Assembly (NCBI RefSeq): GCF_009914755.1
Contig: NC_060929.1
Length of the DNA stretch: 64,000 bases
DNA from: the human T2T-CHM13v2.0 reference genome, Homo sapiens
Strand: one strand, 5' to 3'
Position numbers and translations under genes: made by a program. Shown here in pieces: positions 43,902-59,799 of this stretch. How positions within the stretch are numbered: the first letter of the stretch is position 1; every line of letters starts with the position of its first letter. Below the pieces are notes generated by a model. It was not told the DNA's origin, searched no databases, and saw only the letters and a list, made by a program, of their open reading frames with translations.

Positions 43902-45594
43902 ACTTCACAACAGATTTCTATAGGCTACAGCCAAGTATCCAGTTCTCATTCTTGTGAATAAATGTACCTGAGAACTCTGAATCATGCTAGGACAAAAAGA
44001 CAGATTTTTCTGTAATATTTAACTTTCTACCTTTTTTAAAACTCATATTTTTGCTGTTGAATTTCATTTATGTGAGTATATCATGTGTTTTACACTGGGT
44101 TTTTATAAAGTTCATTTTTAAAATACTTGAGTTGGGTAGTGTTGAGTAGAGTTGAAAGGGAAATTTATGTAGAATAAGATGCATTTGCCTGAACATTGTA
44201 TTAGTGAATCTTATTTAGACAGACATTAGCTCAATTATTTGTATTATAAGGTTATTCACTGCAAATGATTAATTGTAAGTAGATCAAAAAAGTTGCAGTG
44301 TGTATCTGTAAAATGGAATCTTTTGCAGCCATATAAAAGTACGGACATTTGCAACAACATGGATGAATCTTGAGTGCATTTTGTCAAGTGCCATAAATAA
44401 TTCAGAGAAAGACAAATAAGATATGGTATCACTTATGTGTGGAATCTAAAAAAGTTATCTAAAAAACTCATAGAAACAGTAGAATTAGAACGATGGCTGC
44501 CAAGGGCTGAGTGGAGGGCAAAATAGGGACATGTTGGTTGTAGGGAATAATTTTCAGTTAAAAGATGAGTAAGTTTGGGTGGTTCCAAGATGGCTGAATA
44601 GGAACAGCTACAGTCTACAGCTCCCAGCATGAGCAACACAGAAGACGAGTGATTTCTGCATTTCCAACTGAGGTACCAGGTTCATCTCACTGGGTCTTGC
44701 CGGGCAGTGGGTGCAGGACAGTGGGTGCAGCCCACCCAGGGTGAGCCAGAGCAGGGAGAGGCATCGTCTCACCCAGGAAGCACAAGGGGTCAGGGAATTC
44801 CCTTTCCTAGCCAAGGGAAGCCATGACAGAAAACACCTGGAAAATCGGGTCACTACCACCCTAACACTGCACTTTTCCAAGGGTCTTAGCAAATGGCACA
44901 CCGGGAGATTATATCCCATGCCTGGCTCAGAGGGTCCCATGCCCAAGGAGCTGCACTCATTGCTAGCACAGCAGTCTGAGATCTAACTGCAAGGGGGCTG
45001 CTAGGCTGGGGGAGGGGCGCCCGCCATTGCTGAGGCTTGAGTAGGTAAACAAAGTGGTGGGGAAGCTTGAACTGGGTGGAGCCCACCGCAGCTCAAGGAG
45101 GCCTGCCTGCCTCTGTAGACTCCACCTCTGGGGGCAGGGTATAGCAGAACAAAAGACAGCAGAAACCTCTGCAGATTTAAATGTCCCTGTCTGCAGCTTT
45201 GAAGAGAGTAGTGGTTCTCCCAACACGGAGTTTGAGATCTGAGGACGAACAGACTGCCTCCTCAAGTGGGTCCCTGACCCCCGAGTAGCCTATCTGAGAG
45301 GGACCCCCCAGTAGGGGTAGACTGACACCTCACACAGCTGGGTACCCCTGAGACGAAGCTTCCAGAGGAATGATCAGGCAGCAACATTTGCTGTTCAGCA
45401 ATATTTGCTGCTCTGCAGCATCCACTGCTGATACCCAGGCAAACAGGGTCTGGAGTGGACCTCCAGTAAACTCCAACAGACCTGCAGCTGAGGGTCCTGT
45501 TAGAAGGAAAACTAACAAACAGAAAGGACATCCACACCAAAACCCCATCGTACATCACCATCATCAAAGACCAAAGGTAGATAAAACCATAAAG

Positions 45595-46608
45595 ATGGGG
45601 AAAAAACAGAGCAGAAAAGCTGAAAATTCTAAAAATCAGAGTGCCTCTCCCCCTGCAAAGGAATGCAGCTCCTTGCCAGCAATGGAACAAAGCTGGATGG
45701 AGAATGACTTTGACGAGTTGAGAGAAGAAGGCTTCAGATGATCAAACTTCTCTGAGCTAAAGGAGGCAGTTTGAACCCATTGTGAAGAAGCTAAAAACCT
45801 TGAAAAAAGATTAGACACATGACTAACTATAATAACCAGTGCAGAGAAGTCCTTAAATGACCTGATGGAGCTGAAAACCAGGGCACGAGAACTATGTGAC
45901 AAATGCACAAGTTTCAGTAGCCGATTTGATCAACTGGAAGAGAGTATCAGTGATTGAAGATCAAATGAATGAAATGAGGTGAGAAGAGAAGTTTAAAGAA
46001 AAAAGAGTAAAAAGAAATGAACAAAGCCTCCAAGAAATATGGGACTATGTGAAAAGACCAAATTTACCTCTGATTGGTGTACCTGAAAGTGACGGGGAGA
46101 ATGGAACCAAGTTGGAAAACATTCTGCAGGATATAATCCAAGAGAACTTCCCCAACCTAGCAAGGCAGGACAACATTCAAATTCAGGAAATACAGACAAC
46201 GCCACAAAGATACTCCTCGAGAAGAGCAACTCCAAGACACATAATTGTTAGATTCACCAAGGTTGAAATGAAGGAAAAAATGTTAAGCACAGCCAGAGAG
46301 AAAGGTTGGGTTACCCACAAAGGGAAGCCCATCAGACTAACAGCAGATCTCTTGGCAGAAACTCTATAAGCCAGAAGAGAGTGGGGGCCAATATTCAACA
46401 TTCTTAAAGAAAATAATTTTCAACCCAGAATTTCATATCCAGCCAAACTAAGCTTCATAAGTGAAGGAAAATAAAACACTTTACAGACAAGCAAATGCTG
46501 AGAGATTTTGTCACCACCAGGCCTGCCCTACAAGAGCTCCTGAAGGAAGCACTAAACATGGAAAGGAACAACTGGTACCAGCCACTGTAAAAACATGCCC
46601 AATTGTAA
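45595..46608 (+). pseudogene. L1 ORF1p remnant (stops and frameshifts)
   Basis: MGKKQSRKAENSKNQSASPP... stops at 45741; later fragment KRPNL.LIGVPESDGENGTKLEN... Confidence 0.9.
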
Positions 46609-46671
46609 AGATCATCGAGGCTAGGAAGAAAATGCATCAACTGATGAGGAAAATAACCTGCTAACATCATA

Positions 46672-50486
<3,815 letters not shown>

Positions 50487-50762
50487 ACAATGAGAACACT
50501 TGGACACAGGAAGGGGAACATCACATACTGAGGCCTGTCCTGGGGTGGGGAGGGATAGCATTAGGATATATACCTAATGTAAATGACGAGTTAATGGGTG
50601 CAGCACACCAACATGGCACATGTATACATATGTGCACATATACAAACCTGCACGTTGTGCACATGTACCCTAGAACTTAAAGTATTAAAAAAAAAAGATG
50701 AGTAAGTTTGGGGGACATAATATATAGCACAGTGACTATAGTTAACAATACTGCATTGTATA

Positions 50763-51357
50763 TAGTAAGACCTCACTTAATATTGTTCACGTTTTCTTGG
50801 AAACACTAACTTCAAGTGAAAGAACATATAACAAAGCCAGTTTTACCAAAGGGTAATTGATTTAAACAAGTAAAGTTCCTATGGCATATTTCCGGTCACA
50901 AAAACACCTCCAAACTTCTAAATAAAGACCAAAACATGTAAATATTAAGAATTGAAATAAATATGAGATATCATTTATTTCACATAGAAATATCGATAAA
51001 AACATGTAAGATAATTATTTAGCCAGTTATTCCAGTTCAGGGTCACAGGTGGCTGGAGCTTATTGCAGAGGCTCAGGATGCAAGGCAGGAACTAGCCCTG
51101 GACAGGAGGTCATTCCATTACAAAGCACATTCACACACACACTCAGATGGGGGCAATTAGACACACCGATGAACCTAATGAGATCATTTTGGGAATATGG
51201 AAGGAAATCAGAGTACCTGGAGAAAACCTACATAGACATGGGAAGAAAGTGCAAACTTCACACAGGCAGGAGCCCTGGCCAGAGTAATTTTTTTTTTTCT
51301 CATTGACATTATAATGAAACAATGTTGAACGAATCAATGTTATTTGAGCACCTGCTG
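50763..51357 (-). mobile_element. MER6A-like (TcMar-Tigger) non-autonomous DNA transposon
   Basis: tagtaagacctcacttaa ... gttatttgagcacctgctg; TA flanks; gagtacctggagaaaacctacatagacatgggaagaaagtgcaaacttcacaca core. Confidence 0.85.
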
Positions 51358-52079
51358 TACTTGAAATTTGTCTAGGAGGTGTGTCTTGAATATTCTCACC
51401 ACAATAAAAAGATAATTATGTGAGGTGATTGATAGGTTAATTAGCTGCTGTGTGGTAATCATTTCACAACATGTACCTATATCAAAACATTACATTATAC
51501 TGGGTAAATATGTTCAAGTTTTATTTGTCAATTATATCTTATTAAAGCTGGAAAAAATAAATAAAATAAAGAAAGCAGCACTATAAAAAAAGATTGTTAA
51601 TGATGGTCCACCCATAAGAGCATTAAATCTGTGTTATTAAAAAAATCTTTAGTATTTTGGTGTTCACACTTCTGGGAATTTAGTTATGATTATTAGGTAA
51701 CTATTTATGGCATTCATTTGAGTGTTAAAATGAGCAACTAAACAAAAACATTGCCTATATAAGCTTACTAAAAATAGTATTACATAGATCCACGTTAAAA
51801 ATAACACAAGAAAATACAATGATTTGGCTTTAGCCAAAAACAGAATAATTACTGTAAAGTTATTGACAGTGTGTAAATGTGGGATCATCTAAATGTAAAT
51901 GCTCTGAAAAAGTTTTGTTGCTACTAATGCAGAAGTTATTTCACAAGAAACTATATAAAATTTACTTAAATATATACCTTACTGTTGACATAACGAGTAT
52001 ATTTCCTCTCCACTGAAAGAATGCAGACCTCTTTCTGATAAGGCAAAAGGGGTTCTCTTCAAGATCTGCCCCATATCTT

Positions 52080-55000
52080 TTTCTGGATTTCATGTCAATA
52101 ACTAGGGTTTGTTTATAGAAAATCCCAGCATGGTACACTGTAAGCCTTATAAGGGAATAAAAGGATCAGATAGCAAAGGAGCTATGAGAATTATACAGCC
52201 TTTACCAGCAGTAGCCAAGAGAATATTCTTGCTACTGAATTTTGACAGTGCCTGTTCAAGGGGTAAGACTGTAATACTAAGGAAGAGTTTATTAAATTTG
52301 GGGCATTCCCTCATTTTACAGGATATGGCACCCTGGCAAAGACACTGGGAGATGATAAAAATTTAGTCCTATGTTGGCTTCCAGAGGCTTAGAGAAAGCA
52401 ATGACCCTTACTGAGCAAAGTCGAAATTCCTGAAATTTCAGGAGCAGGTAGCAATTAAAATAATCAGGGAAGCAATGATGTTGATGTGGATGTATTATAT
52501 GATAAGTGCCTCACCACACTGGAATATTTGTTTCATAGGAAGACCCAGAGTAGTCACCAGTCACCAAGCTATTAGAAATATGTGAATAAGAGGGACACTG
52601 GCATCACGAAGATGTTCAGCAGTAGCTTTCTGCTGCAAACCAGGGATGCTGGGAGAAGAGGCAGTTTTAGAACTTTGGTGGGTGATACCAACAGAAATGG
52701 TGGGCTTTGAATCAGTTGACATCAGTGGCAATGTTCAAATTTCAAAAGCTAAAGGATCACAGTTATCGAAATGGCCAGTAAAGTTGGAGAGCAAAACAAT
52801 GAGGTTTAACCTATAAAGAGTTGTGAAGATGATTAATAAAACCTTGCATCTTCAACAGCAAAATAAATATGCAGAAAAAATAACTAAAATGGATGAGCAT
52901 AAAACTGAAGCCATTTTCTCAGTAAAAAGTCATAATCACTTGCACTTTTCCCAGATCTGAGCCATTGTTCTGTCCATTGACTGAAAAGATAACTGAGTCT
53001 ATAGGAAGAGGAAGCCTATGATGTCATAACAAATATACACAGCAACAAGCCCCCTTTCTTTTCCTATAGCTGACTATATATTGGTAAAAAAGAAATACTC
53101 AGATATTTTGAAGACTATTGGAAATAGAGTCTGAGTTCATATTAATACATTGAGAACAAAACCATCATTATGGTTTCCGTGTTAGAATGGAGGCCAAGGA
53201 AAAAGTAGAATCTTGGTCAAAGTCCAGCTACCTATTATTACACTGGTGTAATTTCCTCAGCCCTTGAATGTATAATTCAGGTTCATATACTTGGCATTTG
53301 GAGAAGGCTTGATGTTGGATCACCATTTATATGTAAGATTAAAGCTGTCATAGTGGAGAAGAGCAAGTGGGAGTCTCTATGACTGCTGCCCCACAAAGAC
53401 AGGATAAAAAAAAATTAATATCACATCTTGGGTGGATGGGAGAGGTTAGTGCCACCTTTAAAGATCCAAAGGATGTAATGGTGGTGGTCCCTGTCATATC
53501 TCTTTTGAATATACCATTATATATCTGTAGAAAATTGATAAATGAGAGAACAGTTGTAGACTATCACAATCTCAACCAAACAGTTGCCCTGAGAGTATCT
53601 TTCATGCGAGTTATGATTGTTGCTAGAGAAGATTAATGCATATTCTAGAATATAGCATATACAATGATTGTTTTAGTTAATATATACTTTTCTATCATAA
53701 CCAGAAAAATGGATATTAAAAGGTTTACGTTTATATAAAATGGACAAAAATACACATTTGCAGTTTGACCTCAGGGCTGTTAAGTTAGCAAACTCTTTGT
53801 TGACATAGTTCAAAGATTTCTAGGCCATCTGAACTTCCAAAATATATCAAATTGATTTATTGCATCAATAACAGCATGCTCATTAAGTATGATAAGAGGT
53901 GTCTTATATGTTGGAACCCTTGGTATGATGAATATATTCCAGAGAGTTGGAAACAAACCCTACAAAGATTCAAGGATTATCCATTTCATTAAACATTTTA
54001 ATGGTCTAATGGTAGGGAAACCCAGGACACCCCCTTCAAAGTGAAAGATAACTTGCATACTTTTGCATCCTCTACTACAAGTAAGAAAACACAGCAGCCT
54101 TTGGGTCTCTTCAGATACTAGAGGCAATGCATGATACTACCTACTATAAATACTGCTCTTGTAAATATATTGGGTAACACAAAATCTTCCCCTATTGAGT
54201 GAGGTCTGAAGAAGAAAAGGATGCTGTATCAGGCTTAATATCCCAAGCCTTGCTACATGGGCCATAAGAACCAGAATGTCTATTTTGATAGAGGTGTCGA
54301 GGGTAGAAACTGATGCCAAGTGGAGTTGACAGCAAGTCTTAATAGGAGAATCATAGTATAGGCCCCTGGATTTCAGAAGTCATTCCTTACTATTTAGTCC
54401 TTACACACTCGTTAAGAAAAACTCTTGGTATGCTACTGGGCTCTGTTCCAATTGAACATCTGACCATGAAGCATCAAGTGAACATGACTTTGTAAGTGTC
54501 CACTATTAATGACATCTTATTGGATTCATCAAAACATAAATCAGATTGCGCCTGGCACCATTCCATGGTAAATTAGAGGCTATACATCTGGTCAAGCTTA
54601 AACTAGACAATTTGGGGGAGAAAGCATGTGAATGAACACATGGCAGTGGGCATAAAGTGTGACATTCTTTTCATCATGTTAACACTCACCAGAAAGCATC
54701 CACCCTAAAATAACCACTAGATAATAGAAAAAAAATCCTTGACCTTTGTTAGGGGTGAACACTAATGACATTATGGACACACACATTACATTTTCATGAT
54801 GGCTGAGATGGAAGTTATAATCAGACTTAATAGCTTGATGAAACAGTTATTAAGAGCAGTCTATCTAGTGACACACCTGAGTGTAAACTAGTCTGCAACA
54901 GGCACCAATTCTAAGATATCTGTATGATATTATTACTTATGGAAAGCAACTGGGCATTTCATGGCAAGTTGACTGACTGTATCACTGACTGTGCTCACTA

Positions 55001-55645
55001 GGTCCTTAAAGTGTAGATAGTTTTTGCACAGGAATGAACATTTATCCCAGATGTGAGTTTGTCTTTCTTGCCCACGAAGCCTCAACCGGAAATATTATCT
55101 GAAGGTTTACTGAATGCCTGATTTTCATGCATGGAATTCCACACACCATAGAATCCAAACAAGGATCTAATGGACTGTGAAGGAAGTGAGGGAGTGGGCC
55201 CATAATTATAGGATCCATTGGCCATATCATATAACCATAGGATACATTGCTCATATTATGTTTTGCATTAAACAGAAATAGCTGCTTTGATAGAGTACTG
55301 AGATTGCCTTCTCCAGGTACAACTGAAACACTAAGAACTGAAACAATATTCTGCGAAGATGGATTGATGTTCTACAGGTTTCAGTACACAAACTAAAGAC
55401 ATTTATATAATGCTATAATGCTGTGTCCCAAACAGAATTGAATATATGAGTCCATGATTCAAAGTTTGGAAGCTGGAGTTGCTCCACTTGTCATTCCCAA
55501 TGATCTACTTGAGGATTTAGTGCTATTTATTCAACTCCAGCCTTTGCAGTATTAGATGTTTCAGATTTCCAAATAGGCACATTCTTGAGAGTGTAAACAG
55601 CAAAGATTCCATTTCATTACAATCTAAGGTGGCTGCTTCAGCACT
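52080..55645 (+). mobile_element. Degenerate ERVL-class internal region (gag-pro-pol), HERV16/ERVL-E-like
   Basis: Protease-like LLEIESEFILI (~53114; cf. LLDTGSELTLI); RT-like KDVMVVVPVISLLNIPLY..TVVDYHNLNQ (ORF 53367-53636); PQG ~53768; integrase-like WQVD (~54962) and HGIPHTIESKQG (~55130). Confidence 0.8.
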
Positions 55646-58011
55646 TTCGTCTATGAAAACATAGATAAAGAACAATTCATTCTAAACTGGTAGTCAGAGC
55701 AGTCAGTTTCCACAATATTAAATGAATTTAAGCAAGAGTTTGGATATTGTTTATTACTGATAAGCTCAAAATACGGATGACTACTGGCTGAAATATAGTA
55801 AAAGCAGGGAGAAAAGGGATAATTTTTCTCTCCCCTCAGAAGCTCAAGCTACTATCCTCTACGGATGGGAAGCTGAGGGTGGGTGTGGAGAGAGGAAGAA
55901 AGCTCATGGTTTTGAGGCTCATTATTTGCTGTGAGGTAACCTTGGGTATCTAGCTTATTAAGAATTTTAAAACTTTAGTTTTTATGCTCACATTAATTAA
56001 TGTTTTTCTTCATTAATATAGACTGAAGGAAAAAATCTATTCTAATAAAATGCTAAGAAATATGCATGAGTTAATATTTCACTCTAAACCTTTTTTTTCT
56101 TGTTGGAAGATATTAATACATCTTTAAAAGTAAATTTATTTTGTTTTCAACAATATGGTGCTAATAACAAAGCATAGCAAAAGTAAATTGCCATTCATCA
56201 GAAGACATCAGTTATATTTTTCCCTAATTTCTCACTTCTGATAGATTCAGCATTCATTGTTTTTGTGTTTTCATGGAATAAAGTTCTTCTTTTTACCCTC
56301 ATTGCCTGCACTGTTATTTGTCCTTGGAACAAAAGCTAAAGTATGCCTCCAACGTCAGATGACTTTATTGCTATTTGGAAGCGTCAGCTTTAGCAACAAG
56401 ATAATTGTATTAACTATTCATCAAGCTTTGCACTATTTGATTCTATCAAGGCAGATAATTGTAAATGCAACAATGCTTGAATTTCTCCAAAATGCCCTGC
56501 TTAGCCTATCATGGTAAAAATTCATTACTGGCTAGGAAAGCAGTAAAGTGTATTTATTTTAATATTAATTATCCAAAAACAAGACAAACATGAGTTGGAA
56601 GACAAGAAATAATGCGGATGGTGCAGAATTATTCCACTAATTGTTTTGGCTTCCAATACTGCAGTACAGTTGTTTCAATTTCTACCTAAACAGAATGACC
56701 TATGGGCTTTGTTATCTTGAGAGGAACATAATTATCTGCTGCATTTGCAGCTTCATGGATTATTAAGATGAATTGGAACTTGTATAGACTTAGGAAACAG
56801 TATTTCCTGATTTAAGACTTTTGCAAGATTAGAAAGAACCCATTGGCAATTCCATAACCTTAGAAACTCTGAGGAAAGAAGAAATTTTAGGCAAAGGTTA
56901 ATCAAAAGAGAACCAATTAAATTTAACCAGGATACTCAAAGCAACTTGTAAATTATTTTATCTTCAGACTAATAATGAACAATAGGAAAGGAAATAAAAT
57001 TGCATCCATATTTCCAAAATCCAAAGTTAATTTTATGTACATTATTTGCATATTAATATATGCAAATATTTATTCATTCTTGTAGTTCACGTGTAATAAT
57101 ATGTAAATTCTTATCCATCACTTTAACATTAATCTGGTAGGATTAAAATGATAATTTATTGCATAGTTTTAAGCATCATGTTTATTATCTATTTTTGCTT
57201 GATATAAATCTTTGACATTCTTATGACAAGTAATTTTTCTGTCTTGTATATCTTTTCTGTATTTAGGAGAGATTACCCAAATTAGAGTAATTATAGGTTT
57301 TTGATATTCAGCAGATGACTGGTATCATATGGTGGTTAATTTTATAACACCTGGGTTAACAGTGAATTCAAATGGTTTGGCTCAATACAGGTGAACTCAG
57401 GTTACATTACAGTCCAACTTTGAGGTAGCCATGAAGCATAGTATTAAGGGAAATTTTCCCAAGTAGAATATGAAACTTTGAGAGTTGGCAGTTTGGATAT
57501 TTGATGAGTTCTAGGTTAACCTCCTTTTTGGCAACATATGTGATGTTGGTGAAATGTAGTATACAGTGAAATCAAATTCACATTATTATGGTTTGTCCTA
57601 TGGGTGGTATACAGGTAGAAAGTAAAGCTTTGAAAGATTAAATGGTTATGGCACTTAGTAACTTTGATGATTGGTCACAACTGATGACTACGAAGACTTT
57701 GGGGCAGACTTGCTGTCTGCTTCTGGCTGCCTTTAAGTACATACCTGGAGAAATACAATGAACAAGCTTTGCATTTCCAAATACAGGCTCAAGGAAAGAA
57801 TCAAGAAGGTTTTGTAGAACCTTAAATGCCCTTAAGTGGCAGAACAGAAAAGAATTAAACGCTGAATAAGTGAATACGTATAAGTTTGGATCAGACAAAT
57901 CTAATGATATGGGTTCACTCCCCTAGAGATTAGGGATGCAATGTATTGGGAGTGGTGTTGAGAGTCTGCCAGACTGGCTAATTCAAGCCTGAACTTAATA
58001 GTAATCTACAG

Positions 58012-58240
58012 CTTTTTGACTCCAAGAGTGGTCAGAGAATCAACTGGGAGCATTATTTGGGAGCTTTAGCAACACAGAATTTAAGGTTTCACCCTACAGC
58101 TACCGAATTAGTCTGTCTTCCAACTCATGTTTGTCTTGTTTTTAGATAATTAATATTAAATAAAGTTTTACTGCTTTCCTAGCCAGTAATAAATATCCAA
58201 GATAGTTGTCTGTATATTAAAATTTGAGAAGCAATGTCCT
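58012..58240 (+). mobile_element. MER5A1-like element carrying a 77-bp foreign insert
   Basis: actccaagagtggtc...gcattatttgggagc...cacagaatttaagg...ctaccgaattag [insert] ...tattaaaatttgagaagcaatg. Confidence 0.7.
58114..58190 (-). repeat. Inverted copy of 56524-56604
   Basis: Reverse complement has identical blocks of 24, 13 and 30 bp with 56524-56604. Confidence 0.95.
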
Positions 58241-58642
58241 TATGTCAGTGAACTTCCTGATCATCTTGTAGAGGAAGGAATCCTAATAATCAAGAATCAT
58301 AAATGTTGGTGTAGGTCCTCTATACCTGTCAGGTATCTTCTAAATAATACCATGTAGAAGTGTTCCTGGACACCCCTGTATTAAGGCATTATGAAATACG
58401 CTAATGAGAAGAAGGCCAGCATAGTTGAAATGTATTAAAAATCTTTGTCATGTTTTTTGACCTTAGGCTGAAGACAATAATAAGAAATGCTGCCATAGAG
58501 TGGTATAAAACTATAATTACTAATTAGGCTTCATGACTATTATTTTTAATAATTACTTTTTTCCCTGTTTGTTTACTCCTTTTACAGTGAGCAGTAGTGT
58601 TAGATAATGTTGCAACTGAGGCTTCAGGTGTGAATATGAATG

Positions 58643-58745
58643 AATGGCTGCTTTTGTTCAACAACACAATTGTGTAGTTATAACACAGACTTTTATGCCC
58701 ATCAAAAATATTGACTGTTTTATAGAAAATATCTGCTGACAACTA
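58643..58745 (+). mobile_element. MER58-like fragment
   Basis: atggctgctttt...tgtgtagttataacacagac...aaaatattgactg..ttatagaaaatatctgctgac. Confidence 0.55.
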
Positions 58746-58789
58746 ATCCAAGCAAATCATAACACTGAAGCTTGAGTGATAAAAAGGTG

Positions 58790-59258
58790 TGTATGCTGGT
58801 TCTCCTTTTATCAAATCATTCCTCAGCGATTCTCTGCTCTATGTCCTGGAATGCTCACCTCTAAGAAGTGCACTGCCTAAGCAAATTTGCCCCTTGGCTT
58901 CTGGTTTAATTTGAAGAATGGTAACTGCAGGCTGGGCATCAAAGTGAGAAGAGAGAGAAGTAGAGGTGTTGGTCTCTCTCCCTTGCCTTTTTCTCTGTCA
59001 TTTGGGTTGAGGGTTTTTTTTTTTTTCTCTCTCTCTCTTAAAGGCTACAGCTCCTGAAAGGCTGTCTTCCACCGTGGCTACAAGAGGTTCAGGTAACATT
59101 CTCCCTCTTCTTGTCTTTCAGGTCTGATGGTGGTCTTTGAAAGCTTGATAATCAATTTTTTTGTTTCCTTGGCCCTGCTGGCAACTCTGGAAATATTCCT
59201 TTCGTTAAACTCTTCTCAATTAAAATGTTGATGGTTTCATTTATTTTCTTCCGACACA
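58790..59258 (+). mobile_element. LTR33-like ERVL LTR
   Basis: ctctgctctatgtcctgg...tgccccttggcttctgg...aaggctacagctcctg...ttcaggtctgatggtgg...gttaaactcttctcaatta. Confidence 0.7.
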
Positions 59259-59799
59259 AGTGGATCCATGCACTGCCCTGTAATGCTACCACTTTCATGT
59301 ATCAATGTGAGAATGGCTCTATCTATATCTGAGAGCTCTGTTTTACCAATCAGTTTAATTTTTTTGTCTGCCCCAATACTGTACTGACTTACATATTCTG
59401 ACATTATGATTAAGCAGTAAAATACTAAGGAAGAGGTTTTGGGAGAGATTGACCTCAACATGGAGGAGAATTTTATCTCTGATACAGTTTAGAATTGCCA
59501 ATCATGTTGGTAATTTAAGAACAAAAGTTCATTTACTTGGTTTAACTGTTAATTTAAATCCTTTACAGATAATGCATACTTTATTGCCTGCAACCAAGGA
59601 AAACCATTCCCCACACCAACCTTGGCACACTTATGATTAAGTATTAATTGTATCATAGAAGAAGTTACTCTTCTTTTTTAAATGGATTTTCCTACTCTTG
59701 GTGGTTTAATTACTTTTCAATATAAATGTTAATGTCACCTTATCAAATACTAGATAAAATGCTTTTTACTTTAATTTAAATTGTATTATATGTATTAGA

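Larger units (their letters stand above)
57690..58502 (+). mobile_element. Second ERVL/MaLR gag-like fragment, interrupted by MER5A1
   Basis: 58370-58500 (aaggcattatgaaatacgctaatgagaagaaggccagcat) parallels 52560-52670 (aagctattagaaatatgtgaataagagggacactggcat). Confidence 0.5.

Noticed and set aside
56524-58190. Inverted pair as terminal inverted repeats of a new 1.67-kb DNA transposon
   Set aside because: No TSD, and the right arm lies inside a MER5 element whose left half would be internal to the supposed transposon
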